Of a stretch of DNA of 59,235 nt, positions 37,601 through 44,467 are shown one piece after another (positions within the stretch are counted from its first letter, which is position 1; each line of letters begins with the position of its first letter). Source of the DNA: a virus. Lineage: Duplodnaviria; Caudoviricetes. Below the pieces are notes generated by a model, which saw only the letters and a list, made by a program, of their open reading frames with translations, made no database searches and was not told the DNA's origin. The translations under genes were made by a program, and so were the position numbers. The stretch covers positions 1-59,235 of the IMG/VR virus record IMGVR_UViG_3300017774_004719; one strand, written 5' to 3'.

Positions 37601-40358
37601 GAAGGCCGCGCGCAAGCAGCGGCTGGACAAGGCCCTGCAGACCCTCACCCGCCTGTCGGGCATCGAGTTTGTGGCCGGCCAGGTCTACGACACCGGCGCC
37701 TACCTGCTGAACCGGTTCACGCCGGGCTTCGTCAAGGCGGGCGTCATCTCGGATTACGGCCTGGCCGACGCGATCAAGGACCGCCGATCGGCCTTGGCCG
37801 GACGCCAGCGCAACCAGATCCGCGACGTGGGCAAGATGGTGCAGATGTTGTCCACCCTGACCCGCGAGGAAAGCCGCGTGGCCTACGAGTGGCTGAACGG
37901 GGACAACCAATCCACCGCCGAGGAAATGCTGCAGGCGTTGCCTGAGAGTTCGGTGAAGGTGCTGGAGCAGGTGCGCGAGCTCATCGACACCATGAGCCAA
38001 GAGGCCATGCGCCTAAAGCAGCTGACCCCGGATGCCTTTGAGCGCAACCGCTTTGCCTACCTGCACCGCAGCTACGCGAAGCACGAACTGGCGCAGACCA
38101 CCGAGGAGAAGCGCCAGCGCGCCGCCGGCGTCAAGATCGTGGGCGACCAGTACAAGGGCCGCGGCATCACCAAAGAAGCCGGGATGGCGCAGATCAAGAA
38201 CGGCGCACCGGAGTGGTGGGGCCGCCGACTGGAGCAGGGCAAGGCCGACACCAGCCTGAAGGGGCAGAAGTTCACCCGCCTGGAGAAGCGCGTGCGCGCG
38301 CCGGCGCGCGGCGCCAAGTCCACGATGGTGGACAGCGGCACGCAGCAGATGGATGGCTTCGACGCGCCGGGCAGCAAGACCCGCATTGCCGAGGTGGTCT
38401 ACATCCCCATGGGCCAGCCGATCCCGGCCAAGTTCTCCGAGTGGGACAACGCCGGCCTGTTTGAAGTGCGCGACGTGACCGGTGAGAAGGTCGAAATGTG
38501 GCGCGACTTCACCTACGAAGAACGCCAGGCCATGGGCGAGCTGGACGAAGTGCGCTACGCCATCGTCAACACCATGCACGGGATGATCCACGACATCGAG
38601 GTGGGCAAGTACCTAGAGTGGCTGGCGCAGAACTACGCCGAGAAGTCGGCCGACGATGTGCCGGGTGAACTGGTGCCTGACAACGAGGCATCGTTTGCCG
38701 GCCGCGCCAAGCCGCTGCAGCCGGGCCAGTGGGTGCGCGTGCCAGAAACCAAGATCCCCGGCACCCAGGTGCTGAAGTACGGCACGCTGGCCGGGCGCTA
38801 TGTGGAAGGCCCGGTGTGGAACGAAATCCGCCAAGTTACCGAGGGCAACTTCACCTTGGGCGGGCCGACGTGGAACAAGCTGCTGGGCTTGTGGAAGCTG
38901 TCCAAGACCGCACTGAGCCCGGGCGTGCACACCAACAACATCATGGCCAACATGGTGATGGCCGACTGGCACAACGTGCAGCCGGGCCATGTGGCCAAGG
39001 CCTTGCGCGTGCTGCTGGCCGCCAGCGAGCAGGATGGCAAGGGCGTGATGGGCAAAGCCGGGCGCGGCTTGGAGAAGGTGGGCGCGATCAAGGACACCGA
39101 CGCGGCGCGCGAGATCCTGAACCGCTACCGCGATTCGGGTGGTGACGTGGGCATGTGGGCCACCAACGAACTTGCCCAGGATCAGCTGACCCCGTTGCTG
39201 GAGGAACTGGAGGCCGAGGTGCGCAACAGCCGCGTGCCGGGCGCCGGCCAGCAGGTGGGCGTGATGGCCGCGCTGCAGCTGGCCCTGCAGCGCAAGCTGC
39301 CGGAATCCTTTGAGGCCCTGAAGGCCAGCAAGCCCGTGAAGGCGACCGGCAACGAGGCGCAGAAGCTGATCGACCTGTACCAAGCCGAAGATGATGTGTT
39401 CCGCCTGGCCGCCTGGCTGCGCGCCAAGGAGGAGGGCCAGACCGACATGGAGGCCGGCGACGCCGCGCGCACGTCGTTCTTGGACTACCAGATCAACGCC
39501 CCGTGGATTCAGGCGATGCGCTCCACGGCGTGGCCGTTCATCTCCTTCACCTACCGCGGCCTGCCCATGCTGCTGGAGACTGCAGGCAAGAAGCCGCACA
39601 AGCTGATGAAGCTGATGCTGCTGGCCGGCGCCGTCAACGCGATGGGGACCATGATCGCCGGCGGTGGCGATGAGGAAGAGGAGCGGGTTCGCCGCATGCT
39701 GCCGGACGAGAAGGCGGGCAAGGTGTGGGGCATCGTGCCGAAGCTGATCCGCATGCCTTGGAACGACGCCAACGGCAACCCGGTGTTCTTGGACATCCGC
39801 CGGTGGATTCCGCTGGGCGACATTGCCGACGTGGGCCAGGGCAATGCCGCGTTCGGCGTGCCCCCAAGCCTGATGCCCGGCGGCCCGCTGGCCATCTTCG
39901 GGGAACTGTGGGCCAACAAGTCGGCCTTCACCGGCCAGCCGATCACCCTGGAGTCGGACTCGGGTAGCGAGAAGGCAAGCAAGGTGTTCGCGCACCTGTA
40001 CCGCAGCGCGATGCCCAACTTCCCAGGTCTGCCCGGCACCTACGCCACCGATGGCATCGCCAACGCGGCCAAGGGCAAGACCGATGTGTTCGGCCGCGAG
40101 GGCTCTGTGCCGCAGGCCTTTGCTTCGGCGCTGGGGGTGAAGGTTGCCGGCTACGCGCCCGACGTGCTGGAGGCCAACTTGACGATGAAGGTCAAGAAGG
40201 AGGCCGACGAGGTGATGGCCGAGGTTCGCCGGGCAGCTCGCCAAGAAGCGCGCAAGGGCATCACCGCCGAGGAGTACAAGGACATCGAGGCCAAGCAGGT
40301 GAAGAAACTTGACGCCCTGATGGACGAGTACCGGGCCAAGACCGAGAGGGAGCGCTAA
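28650..40358 (+). CDS. Giant polyvalent (DarB-like) protein, main part: SF2 helicase, N6-adenine MTase, JAB/RadC, ART-like and zincin domains
   Basis: GTGTGKT (~30075), DEAQ, SAT, QQEGRTYR (~31656); EPSAGDG and NPPF (~32082, ~32259); HNHPSG..D.S.AD (~33648); FKKWFG..YHGT (~34299); HEVAH (~35145); EEIQSDW (~36417). Confidence 0.85.
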   Translation: MQDARQKGQALYDMARQTDMMTGETPDELTVRLLGLFFSGQFFTRPAAQSTIQQRLGRYIEASSVASAEPDMFGEVVGRDDILNTLLGRDTLEADPTPEPAPAPESQGQPDSGSPVGSPPAADRQRGGGRKPKGTGTKPAADRQGQPGGQDGQVPTGNQEGGQGAGTQARPEVAPNTIFTEDAAAAARERLKKKLANKSQAGTKGQRGALDPEEFADGVTLAGYHIEKGARTFAAYARAMLADLGEAVMPYLKSWYMGVKYDPRSQGLTGMDSAADVDAVSVESLTQYLQENQDDDQRPDANAPEAGQDGERPQPEAPAGDAGAGAPAGDGPDVEADGGQGGRRAGGQRRNRPGAAADGERGDQQDGAADGRPGPAGDAARGDDAAGAGPADGGRPDAEPEADRAGAEPGGQPAQKLTLAERLAAQAAAASIPVKPGIENIRATLPLLLEGQQNDVLFAETRFAKPDGYGVLFTNGTGTGKTYSGLGIVKRMHMQGKRNGLIVVPSEKIANDWMAAGKNLGLSITALADTSDAGKGIVVTTYANLGANDAVMRRDMDFVLADEAQQLMQSADAATTGALDAVRALTLHPTSAIERYNRLNREDIAKLAAMNEQYEAWSKLRNRDDTMDVMRDSLAADMAKLEAQMNPLRDKLAKKRAEQQELVKDRQGAARPRAVFLSATPFAYEVNVQWAAGYLFEYPEVKDTGRYNQPSPYQAFMVQHFGYSMRTGKLNKPSADVDSDLMQRNFNTFLRKSGVLSSRMLDVDFDYERRFILIKEGIGQKIDEGMKWLREADNGRYWKLYDQINAQFDSLTRRRLLEAIKAREAVPFIKAQHDLGRKVVVFYDFNTGGGINLFNVQELLAQVLAAEAKNTDPALATIKVPKRGQPQTMGKVEEEEVPFSQLLREFIELRPDLQAIDFRGYTSPLDTLRTAFPGAGVYNGMPEFKKSRLQAIDNFNDDAQPGANLLLVQKNANAGWSGHDTTGKHQRVLINLGLPTEPTVSIQQEGRTYRVGQASDAIFHYFNTGTTWERIAFASTISRRAGTAENLAMGEEARGLREAYIQGFEDSDPDYKPSAADGKGGKAKDRSLVKALTDWDRARALYFAKQKRNSSNKAQEGTDFFATPEPVGLKMVEWADIRHGEALLEPSAGDGAIARWFPEKQERTVVEPSLELGSRLALATDAKLVATRFEDFNTVNKFDVIVMNPPFGLGGKTSTEHLAKAIKHLNDGGRIVALLPDGPAANKRLDALLTGSSDVPAKPVGTFKVNGKDVAIYEGDTVSGLIAGSPAEGLVTRAEGNILFVKRPGATTANGMPYQAIREVKPTGSRTRSVPNAPHVYEVARISLPMGAFERAGTDVKTHIVILDKTLDPQKAAAMGQSTRDLSDVKTVKDLFDRLESMELPKRQKAAPAAPPAMGQAPKPAPAARAEAVEREQASGFTPAEQGAATFNLVGNKIETDAPMATTETKAGKKLQGVFVPDGAMAKVADKFTWRAQGGGGQWFVRMEHVVRPGASGAQSVNEPGATYQVDLFGEPLDLIGQAVPAATKRAGAGRPAQPASAGDMDAAGAVPGDTPMPAGEFLVNTLVGVERTHQLSARKVESSRDLAQAMRHLYRSAVERFDALVTDKSGKPLAIVGGFKGAISSASVQIDTLVGEAVRVPNAANIWFAHNHPSGRADLSNADRRLYERLQGVFTGSGIEPQGLIAVSRNAYSFTNAFTNDDDVMPPAGEPMNVPGIERVLDDRRDFSQSPKADSPPAALQLGRQLWAKGGNGVMLLDAQMRMAGWTPLPESVDKLRDTGGLNTLYRALSQSNASSAILVHDGVLDQKISNTGVSTGQNVAAALQLAGVNVVDSLNVKSGMSQASIGRDIADGPVFSRAAGGSTPAFKKWFGDSKVVDAAGAPRVMYHGTAQDITAFRPQQANAIFVTDDPEFAAEFAASSEFKMLTKADEWGEPQSSQNILPVYVKAENPFDYENPAHRKAVADALLAAKGRVRPDGEMALARSDGSPTLYTAPVIEATMARGDWNFIERADVQAIIRSQGHDGFYVEEGGRKNLGVYEPAQLKSAVGNRGAFDGSNPDLRASRGAGRSGVGMQQLQALRDRVRKAMPSAPEIVLHDSPSEAEIGLRLAIQQAGAFNDVEGALYQGRIYLFGRNLASLDRAEFVLAEHEVAHAGLRAVLGDNLARAMNTVAEMNPALRKLAEQKVKTQGLRMAIAMEEVLVDIPSAELPKLKGWRGLVKMMADGLDRMGLTRAAAVLRNWLEGKTDAADLAEALAGDLIRAARDHARAKPNAQARGQMAAQRLEATAGRAEWMDKEARGRGFKDAAAMLATKPEVHAKLQDLWSRQNPGVFSREDRPRWYSALTREVGKVGMNAAPAKGWADTIKGMVQKGQVKQDEIEWTGLGDWLALQEGKVSKEQVLEFLDGNGVQVQEVTLSDVQARALPPGWEIVSDEDGMYAVLDEDGEVMGEGETRQEALEDAQDEDALPDSAGAPKYGQYTLPGGENYREVLLTLPTKDAGKLARANELNRLAGVAGTPGAERVRLLQERDRLRDEAGNGQQFKSGHWDQPNILAHIRVNDRTDADGKRVLFVEEIQSDWGQSFKKQRDSEAAIEARTDAILSELGGPIGRTDAEGWHFRWMGEKVAANGAKSYDEAKAQQRAKAERMARERMGSGTTPAAPFVTKTEGWLNLALKRVMTMAVEGGYDRVAFVTGEQSAERYDLSKQVDQLVAYEDNTLVARQGGRNVIERKFKDEAELADMIGKEAARKLLEARPDMNNQRVLSGQDLKVGGEGMKAFYDAIVPNAAKGLLKKVGGGQVGAVDLKLTGMPWSEYEKYAVDHPYRKKNAPRVPGFDITPAMRDKLAAGLPLFSRAPKPRMTRADTQTQGFDFDAPAPEDFALTAPTRQDVLAQQQAREDETKREAAQRRAAEELARKDAERKAIAARMDASAENFQLGQSAEDALSGQGGLFSRAPTVEERADTIIGQKAARKQRLDKALQTLTRLSGIEFVAGQVYDTGAYLLNRFTPGFVKAGVISDYGLADAIKDRRSALAGRQRNQIRDVGKMVQMLSTLTREESRVAYEWLNGDNQSTAEEMLQALPESSVKVLEQVRELIDTMSQEAMRLKQLTPDAFERNRFAYLHRSYAKHELAQTTEEKRQRAAGVKIVGDQYKGRGITKEAGMAQIKNGAPEWWGRRLEQGKADTSLKGQKFTRLEKRVRAPARGAKSTMVDSGTQQMDGFDAPGSKTRIAEVVYIPMGQPIPAKFSEWDNAGLFEVRDVTGEKVEMWRDFTYEERQAMGELDEVRYAIVNTMHGMIHDIEVGKYLEWLAQNYAEKSADDVPGELVPDNEASFAGRAKPLQPGQWVRVPETKIPGTQVLKYGTLAGRYVEGPVWNEIRQVTEGNFTLGGPTWNKLLGLWKLSKTALSPGVHTNNIMANMVMADWHNVQPGHVAKALRVLLAASEQDGKGVMGKAGRGLEKVGAIKDTDAAREILNRYRDSGGDVGMWATNELAQDQLTPLLEELEAEVRNSRVPGAGQQVGVMAALQLALQRKLPESFEALKASKPVKATGNEAQKLIDLYQAEDDVFRLAAWLRAKEEGQTDMEAGDAARTSFLDYQINAPWIQAMRSTAWPFISFTYRGLPMLLETAGKKPHKLMKLMLLAGAVNAMGTMIAGGGDEEEERVRRMLPDEKAGKVWGIVPKLIRMPWNDANGNPVFLDIRRWIPLGDIADVGQGNAAFGVPPSLMPGGPLAIFGELWANKSAFTGQPITLESDSGSEKASKVFAHLYRSAMPNFPGLPGTYATDGIANAAKGKTDVFGREGSVPQAFASALGVKVAGYAPDVLEANLTMKVKKEADEVMAEVRRAARQEARKGITAEEYKDIEAKQVKKLDALMDEYRAKTERER

Positions 40359-40699
40359 AGGTCGATCCGGGCGGCGGCTTCACAGGTCAGGCTGTCGCCG
40401 CCCGCTCCGCGCCACAAGAAGCACCGGCGGCGCTCGTTGTACTTCGGCACGTTGGGGTCCGGGGCCACGATGTCCAGCACCACCACCTGCCCGCCGGGAC
40501 CGGGGTAGGTGGCGACGGTGTGGGCGCCGCGGGCATTCCGTGTAGACACCTCTGCAGCTGCGGCTGACCGCTGGCGCTGCTGGGCTTCCTCTTGCGCGTC
40601 AGTCCACCACCACCAACCGCCAAAGGCCAGGGCCAGAATCCAGAACAGGCCCAGGGCCACACGGCCGGCGGTGCTGGTCGGAAGGGATTGCGAGCTCAT
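40355..40699 (-). CDS. Small membrane-anchored protein
   Basis: N-terminal TM (VALGLFWILALAFGGWWWW); converges on the giant gene. Confidence 0.55.
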   Translation of the reverse strand: MSSQSLPTSTAGRVALGLFWILALAFGGWWWWTDAQEEAQQRQRSAAAAEVSTRNARGAHTVATYPGPGGQVVVLDIVAPDPNVPKYNERRRCFLWRGAGGDSLTCEAAARIDL

Positions 40700-40709
40700 G
40701 GCAGGCAGT

Positions 40710-40892
40710 CTACCCACGCCGCGCCGGCGCTGGAGCAGGGCGCGGGCTTTTGCGGCGCTCCCCGCCGGCCGCCAGCCACGCCCCGAAGGTGGAATCGGAA
40801 ACCTCCAGGCCTTGCAGCGAAGCGCGCGACGCCGGTGCGAGTGCGCGGCGCAGGGCTTGCGCCAGGTGCTTGATGTCGGTTCGGGCTTCCAT
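40710..40892 (-). CDS. Hypothetical protein
   Basis: MEARTDIKHL...LEVSDSTFGAW; sits in tandem with the previous ORF. Confidence 0.4.
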   Translation of the reverse strand: MEARTDIKHLAQALRRALAPASRASLQGLEVSDSTFGAWLAAGGERRKSPRPAPAPARRG

Positions 40893-40982
40893 GTGCCGAA
40901 CTTTGCGCCGCCCGGGGCGGTTCGGCCATCGCCCCTTGGGGGGATGAATGTGGGATTGCCCATGCGCGCACGGCGGCGCAGC

Positions 40983-41242
40983 TGTAGGCATCGGTGTAGG
41001 CATCGGCGCCAGAAATGGCACCTTTAGCCCTGGCTTCGCCTCTCTCCGACTCCGCCAGCTATCCCCCAACAAAGCCCGCTCTTGCGGGCTTTGTCACATC
41101 TAAACCCAAGCAAAATCAGCGGCTTGCGCGCCTTCTTGGCCCACGCTGACCCAACTTGACCCACGATCAAACAGGCTGCACCAACCGCAGCGCGTGGGCA
41201 CCGGTGTAGGCACTGGCGCGCTGGATGCCGCCGATGCCTACA
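40983..41242. mobile_element. attP region with integrase arm-type repeats and a tRNA-3'-like core
   Basis: TGTAGGCATCGG at 40983 and 40995, variants at 41193 and 41205, exact inverted copy at 41231-41242. Core candidate TCTCTCCGACTCCGCCA at 41041-41057. Confidence 0.7.
41069..41094. terminator. Symmetric (bidirectional) terminator hairpin
   Basis: ACAAAGCCCGC-tctt-GCGGGCTTTGT, an 11-bp perfect stem just after the CCA-ending core. Confidence 0.75.
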
Positions 41243-42382
41243 AACACCCTAACCGATGCCCGCGTGCGTGGCATCAAGCCCGCCGACAAGCCGCAGAAGC
41301 TGTTCGATGGCGGCGGGCTCTACCTCTACGTCAGCCCCACCGGCGCCAAGGTGTGGCGCTTGGCCTACCGGCTGGCCGGCAAACCACAAACGGCGGTGCT
41401 CGGGCCTTACCCGCTGCTGGGCCTGGCTGACGCGAGGGCCAAGCGCGACGAAATCAAGCGCGGGCTGCTGGACGGCCAGGCGCCGCAGAAGCGGGCCAAG
41501 CGCACCATCACCCTGGCCGAAGCCTGCGAAGCCTACCTTGCGGGCCGCAACGACCTGAGCGAGTCCTACCTGAGCAACGCCAGGCGTGGGCTGGAGATGC
41601 ACGTCCTGCCGGCGCTGGGCTCGGTGCCTGTGGCTGATCTGACGCGCGAGCAGCTGATGGGCGAGCTCAAGCGCATGGACGCGGCGGGGCTCTACACCTA
41701 CGTGCGCCGGGTGCGCATGTGGTCATCCCAGGTGCTGGACTGGTGCGTGGAGGGCGGGCACTGCGCGGCCAACGTGGCGGCCACGATCAAGGCCGACAAG
41801 GCTTTCGGTCGCGCACCGGTGGAGCACTTTGCTGCGCTGGCCCCGCATGAGGTGCCGGCCTTCGTGGAGCGGCTGGAGATGGAGGGCTCACTGCAAAGCG
41901 TGCTGGCCTGCAAGCTGATGGCGCTGACGTGGACGCGCACCAACGAGCTGCGGATGATGCGCTGGGATGAAGTGCGTGACGACACATGGACGATCCCGGC
42001 CGGCAAGATGAAGCGCCGGCTGGAGCATGTGGTGCCGCTGTCTGTGCAGGCGCTGGGCATCATCGAGGTGCTGCGCCAGCGCTCGCGCGGGTCGGAGTAC
42101 GTGTTCCCCGGTGAGCACACGCCCAAGCGGCCCATGAGTGAGAACGCCGTGCTGTACCTGCTGCACCGCATGGGCTACAAGGGCCGCATGACGGGGCACG
42201 GCTGGCGCTCGGTGGCCAGCACCTGGGCCAATGACGCCGGGTACAACCCCGACGCCATCGAGCGCCAGCTCGCGCATGTGCCCGAGGACGAGGTGCGGGC
42301 GGCCTATAACCGCGCGGCTTACCTCCCGATCCGGCGGCAGATGCTGCAGGCCTGGGCCGACTGGCTGGCCTTCAAAGGTTGA
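41225..42382 (+). CDS. int: Tyrosine integrase, P4/IntA type
   Basis: Arm domain KLFDGGGLYLYV.P.G.K.WR; catalytic R (TRTNEL), K (KMK), HGWR, LAH, AYNR. Start at 41225 or 41234. Confidence 0.95.
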   Translation: MPPMPTNTLTDARVRGIKPADKPQKLFDGGGLYLYVSPTGAKVWRLAYRLAGKPQTAVLGPYPLLGLADARAKRDEIKRGLLDGQAPQKRAKRTITLAEACEAYLAGRNDLSESYLSNARRGLEMHVLPALGSVPVADLTREQLMGELKRMDAAGLYTYVRRVRMWSSQVLDWCVEGGHCAANVAATIKADKAFGRAPVEHFAALAPHEVPAFVERLEMEGSLQSVLACKLMALTWTRTNELRMMRWDEVRDDTWTIPAGKMKRRLEHVVPLSVQALGIIEVLRQRSRGSEYVFPGEHTPKRPMSENAVLYLLHRMGYKGRMTGHGWRSVASTWANDAGYNPDAIERQLAHVPEDEVRAAYNRAAYLPIRRQMLQAWADWLAFKG

Positions 42383-42554
42383 TCCCGGCCGCGCGCAGGG
42401 TGCTCAACTTCCAGCCGCGGGCCTTCAAGCTCAGGTCCACATCCGGCGGCGGCAGCTTCTTGGCCTTGAGGTACTTGCGCACCGTCTCGCTGCTGACGCG
42501 CAGCATGGCCGGCAGGTCAGCGCGCCAGATGATGGGGTCTTGTTGTTGGCTCAT
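42372..42554 (-). CDS. AlpA-like HTH / excisionase
   Basis: L...L.VSSETVRKYLK.KKLPPPD...GW; converges on int. Confidence 0.7.
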   Translation of the reverse strand: MSQQQDPIIWRADLPAMLRVSSETVRKYLKAKKLPPPDVDLSLKARGWKLSTLRAAGINL

Positions 42555-42817
42555 GGCTTTGGCTCCGTGGCCGGCAGATCCTTGCCGCTGTCAGGGTCGA
42601 GCCCGAACCTGCGGCAAAGCTGCGCCGCGAAGGTCGAGCCAAGCCCGAAGGCGTCAGACACTGCGGCCCATGCGAATTCTTGGCGGCGCGGGCGCTTCGT
42701 GACGATGTTGTGCACGACCCGGCGCAGCAGATCGGCGTCTGGAATCTCGTGCACCGTGCGGCGCATCTGCGCCCGCATCTCCGCTTCAGCTTCGATGGGC
42801 ATGATTTCTTCAGCCAT
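42551..42817 (-). CDS. Hypothetical protein
   Basis: AGGAG RBS; WAAVSDAFGLGST.A..LCRRFGLDPD. Confidence 0.7.
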   Translation of the reverse strand: MAEEIMPIEAEAEMRAQMRRTVHEIPDADLLRRVVHNIVTKRPRRQEFAWAAVSDAFGLGSTFAAQLCRRFGLDPDSGKDLPATEPKP

Positions 42818-43037
42818 TGCCCTCTCCTTTCTCAGCCCGCTCGGCTGCGCGCCCAATGACGTAGCCGATCCACGCCGGCACCACACCCAGCGCGACCCCC
42901 ACCAGCCACGTCCAGGCCGTGAAGGTGTAGGCCGGGTACTGCTCGCCGATGTCGAACAGCAGCGGCACGAAGATGGCTGTGAAGAAGCAGACCAGCAGGA
43001 CTCGGTAAAACCGGAGGTCGAAGTTGTCGAAGTTCAT
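42810..43037 (-). CDS. Small two-TM membrane protein
   Basis: Two hydrophobic segments; AAGGAG RBS. Confidence 0.65.
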   Translation of the reverse strand: MNFDNFDLRFYRVLLVCFFTAIFVPLLFDIGEQYPAYTFTAWTWLVGVALGVVPAWIGYVIGRAAERAEKGEGNG

Positions 43038-43558
43038 GGTGTTTGCTCCTTGCTGGCCGCGATGGCGGCGGCCTCTAGTTGCGTAATCTGCTTCTTTAGT
43101 CTTTCGATTTGCTCAAGCCGCATGCGCTCCTTCTTTGCCGCGTCTGCGTCCGACTTCCATCCCTTCAGCATTTCGACCTGTTTGTCGTTTGGCAGCAGCA
43201 GTTGAGCCGCGACAACAGTAATGCGCCTTTCACGCTGACACTCTCTGGACTCCGTGTGATAGCCATTGGAGTTGTCGGCACCCCAGCTTTCGCTAAACGA
43301 TTCGTGGTCTAGCGAAAGGTAGTCAGCCACCTGCCATGTCTGGTGCTCTGTCCAGACCAAGGCGAACTCAATTCGCGGAACTTCGATGGTTCCTTTAACG
43401 CCCACCGGCACGACAACAAACGGCTCATCTGGCACTACGACGCCGTTGACGCCATTGGCGTATTTCCTTTGGTTCAGAAAAAAGTTCGCTGCCATTGCCT
43501 GAAGGTCTTTAGCAGCGTTCGCAGCGCGAATAAGGCAGCCAATAGTTAGCAGGCTCAT
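43034..43558 (-). CDS. Hypothetical protein, visibly lower GC
   Basis: Coupled ORF with more A/T-ending codons than its neighbours. Confidence 0.65.
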   Translation of the reverse strand: MSLLTIGCLIRAANAAKDLQAMAANFFLNQRKYANGVNGVVVPDEPFVVVPVGVKGTIEVPRIEFALVWTEHQTWQVADYLSLDHESFSESWGADNSNGYHTESRECQRERRITVVAAQLLLPNDKQVEMLKGWKSDADAAKKERMRLEQIERLKKQITQLEAAAIAASKEQTP

Positions 43559-44082
43559 TTGCGCGCCCCCTTGCTGGCCGCCCCGATGCCGTGGGCGCGT
43601 TCGATGGCGCGGGCGAAGTTCGTAAGGTTGTAGCGGCACTGCGGGTCGCCGTTGAACGCCCAGCAGTCGTTGTGCATGTCGTAGTCGCCTTCCGTGCGCG
43701 CCATGTCCTCGATCTGCTCATCCGTCAGCGGCTGTGCCTCGGCCTGCTTGTCCTGCCAAGCGCGGCAGCTACCACGCGAAGGCCAAAGGCAATGCGGGCT
43801 TGGCACCTGGGCAGGCGCTGCCGGCTCATAAGCCGTGAAGTCCTCGCTCCCACACATTGGACAAGTGCCCTCAGCGCCCATATCTCCAAAGTCGTGCCCG
43901 CAGGCAGCGCAGTGATGGGCTAGGGTCATCGGCACCAGGGCAGGCGCTGCGGGTGCGGCCTCGATCCGGTCGGCAGCTTCCCGCGCACGGTCGCGGAACT
44001 GCAACCAAGTCAGCGCATCCAGGTCTTTCGGGTCATCCGGCAGCGGCATGCGCAGCACGCCAAGCAACATCAGATCGCTCAT
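43555..44082 (-). CDS. Mosaic early protein with a CxxC-CxxC zinc ribbon
   Basis: CAACG...CPMCGS flanked by APAAPA linkers. Confidence 0.7.
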   Translation of the reverse strand: MSDLMLLGVLRMPLPDDPKDLDALTWLQFRDRAREAADRIEAAPAAPALVPMTLAHHCAACGHDFGDMGAEGTCPMCGSEDFTAYEPAAPAQVPSPHCLWPSRGSCRAWQDKQAEAQPLTDEQIEDMARTEGDYDMHNDCWAFNGDPQCRYNLTNFARAIERAHGIGAASKGARK

Positions 44083-44285
44083 GCTGCGCCTCCCTTGCTG
44101 GCCTCAAAACGCACCCATGCGGGCGCCAGTACCACTCCGATCAGCGCGGCAAAGCAGGCTTTCCAGACGTGGCCCTCGTATGCTGCATTTAGGTGCCCAA
44201 GGGCCGCCAAATTCGCGCAAGCAACGACGCCAGCCAAGAAAGACATTAGGCAGGCAAGTGTCAGGATGATGTAGCCGCGCTTCAT
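44079..44285 (-). CDS. Small two-TM membrane protein
   Basis: Hydrophobic segments; ATGA overlaps. Confidence 0.6.
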   Translation of the reverse strand: MKRGYIILTLACLMSFLAGVVACANLAALGHLNAAYEGHVWKACFAALIGVVLAPAWVRFEASKGGAA

Positions 44286-44467
44286 GCTTGCTCTCCCTTG
44301 CTGGCCGCCCGGCGTGCCCGCTTCTCGGCTTTCTTCTCGGCCTTGTTCATCTTGGGTTGGCGCCGCTCTTTAGGCGCGGCTTCTTGGGCGGCATGCACCT
44401 GTGCGGCGTGCATTAGGGCAAGTGCCGCTAGGACGCCTCGCAGGCCGTAGCCTCTTGAACTACGCAT
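44282..44467 (-). CDS. Small basic hypothetical protein
   Basis: Fills the gap between coupled ORFs; GGGAGG RBS. Confidence 0.5.
   Translation of the reverse strand: MRSSRGYGLRGVLAALALMHAAQVHAAQEAAPKERRQPKMNKAEKKAEKRARRAASKGEQA

Noticed and set aside
25689-40358. Genome-wide stop-codon reassignment
   Set aside because: Only one internal stop is seen, and TAA terminates other genes normally (portal 3934, 8574, 9723, 24310, 40358).
28650-40358. N4-like virion RNA polymerase as the identity of the giant ORF
   Set aside because: Despite the N4-gp56-type capsid, no T7-like polymerase motifs were seen; the motifs indicate a helicase/MTase polyvalent protein.
41020-41060. Full tRNA gene
   Set aside because: Only an acceptor-end-like fragment is present, with no D or anticodon arms; treated as an att core.
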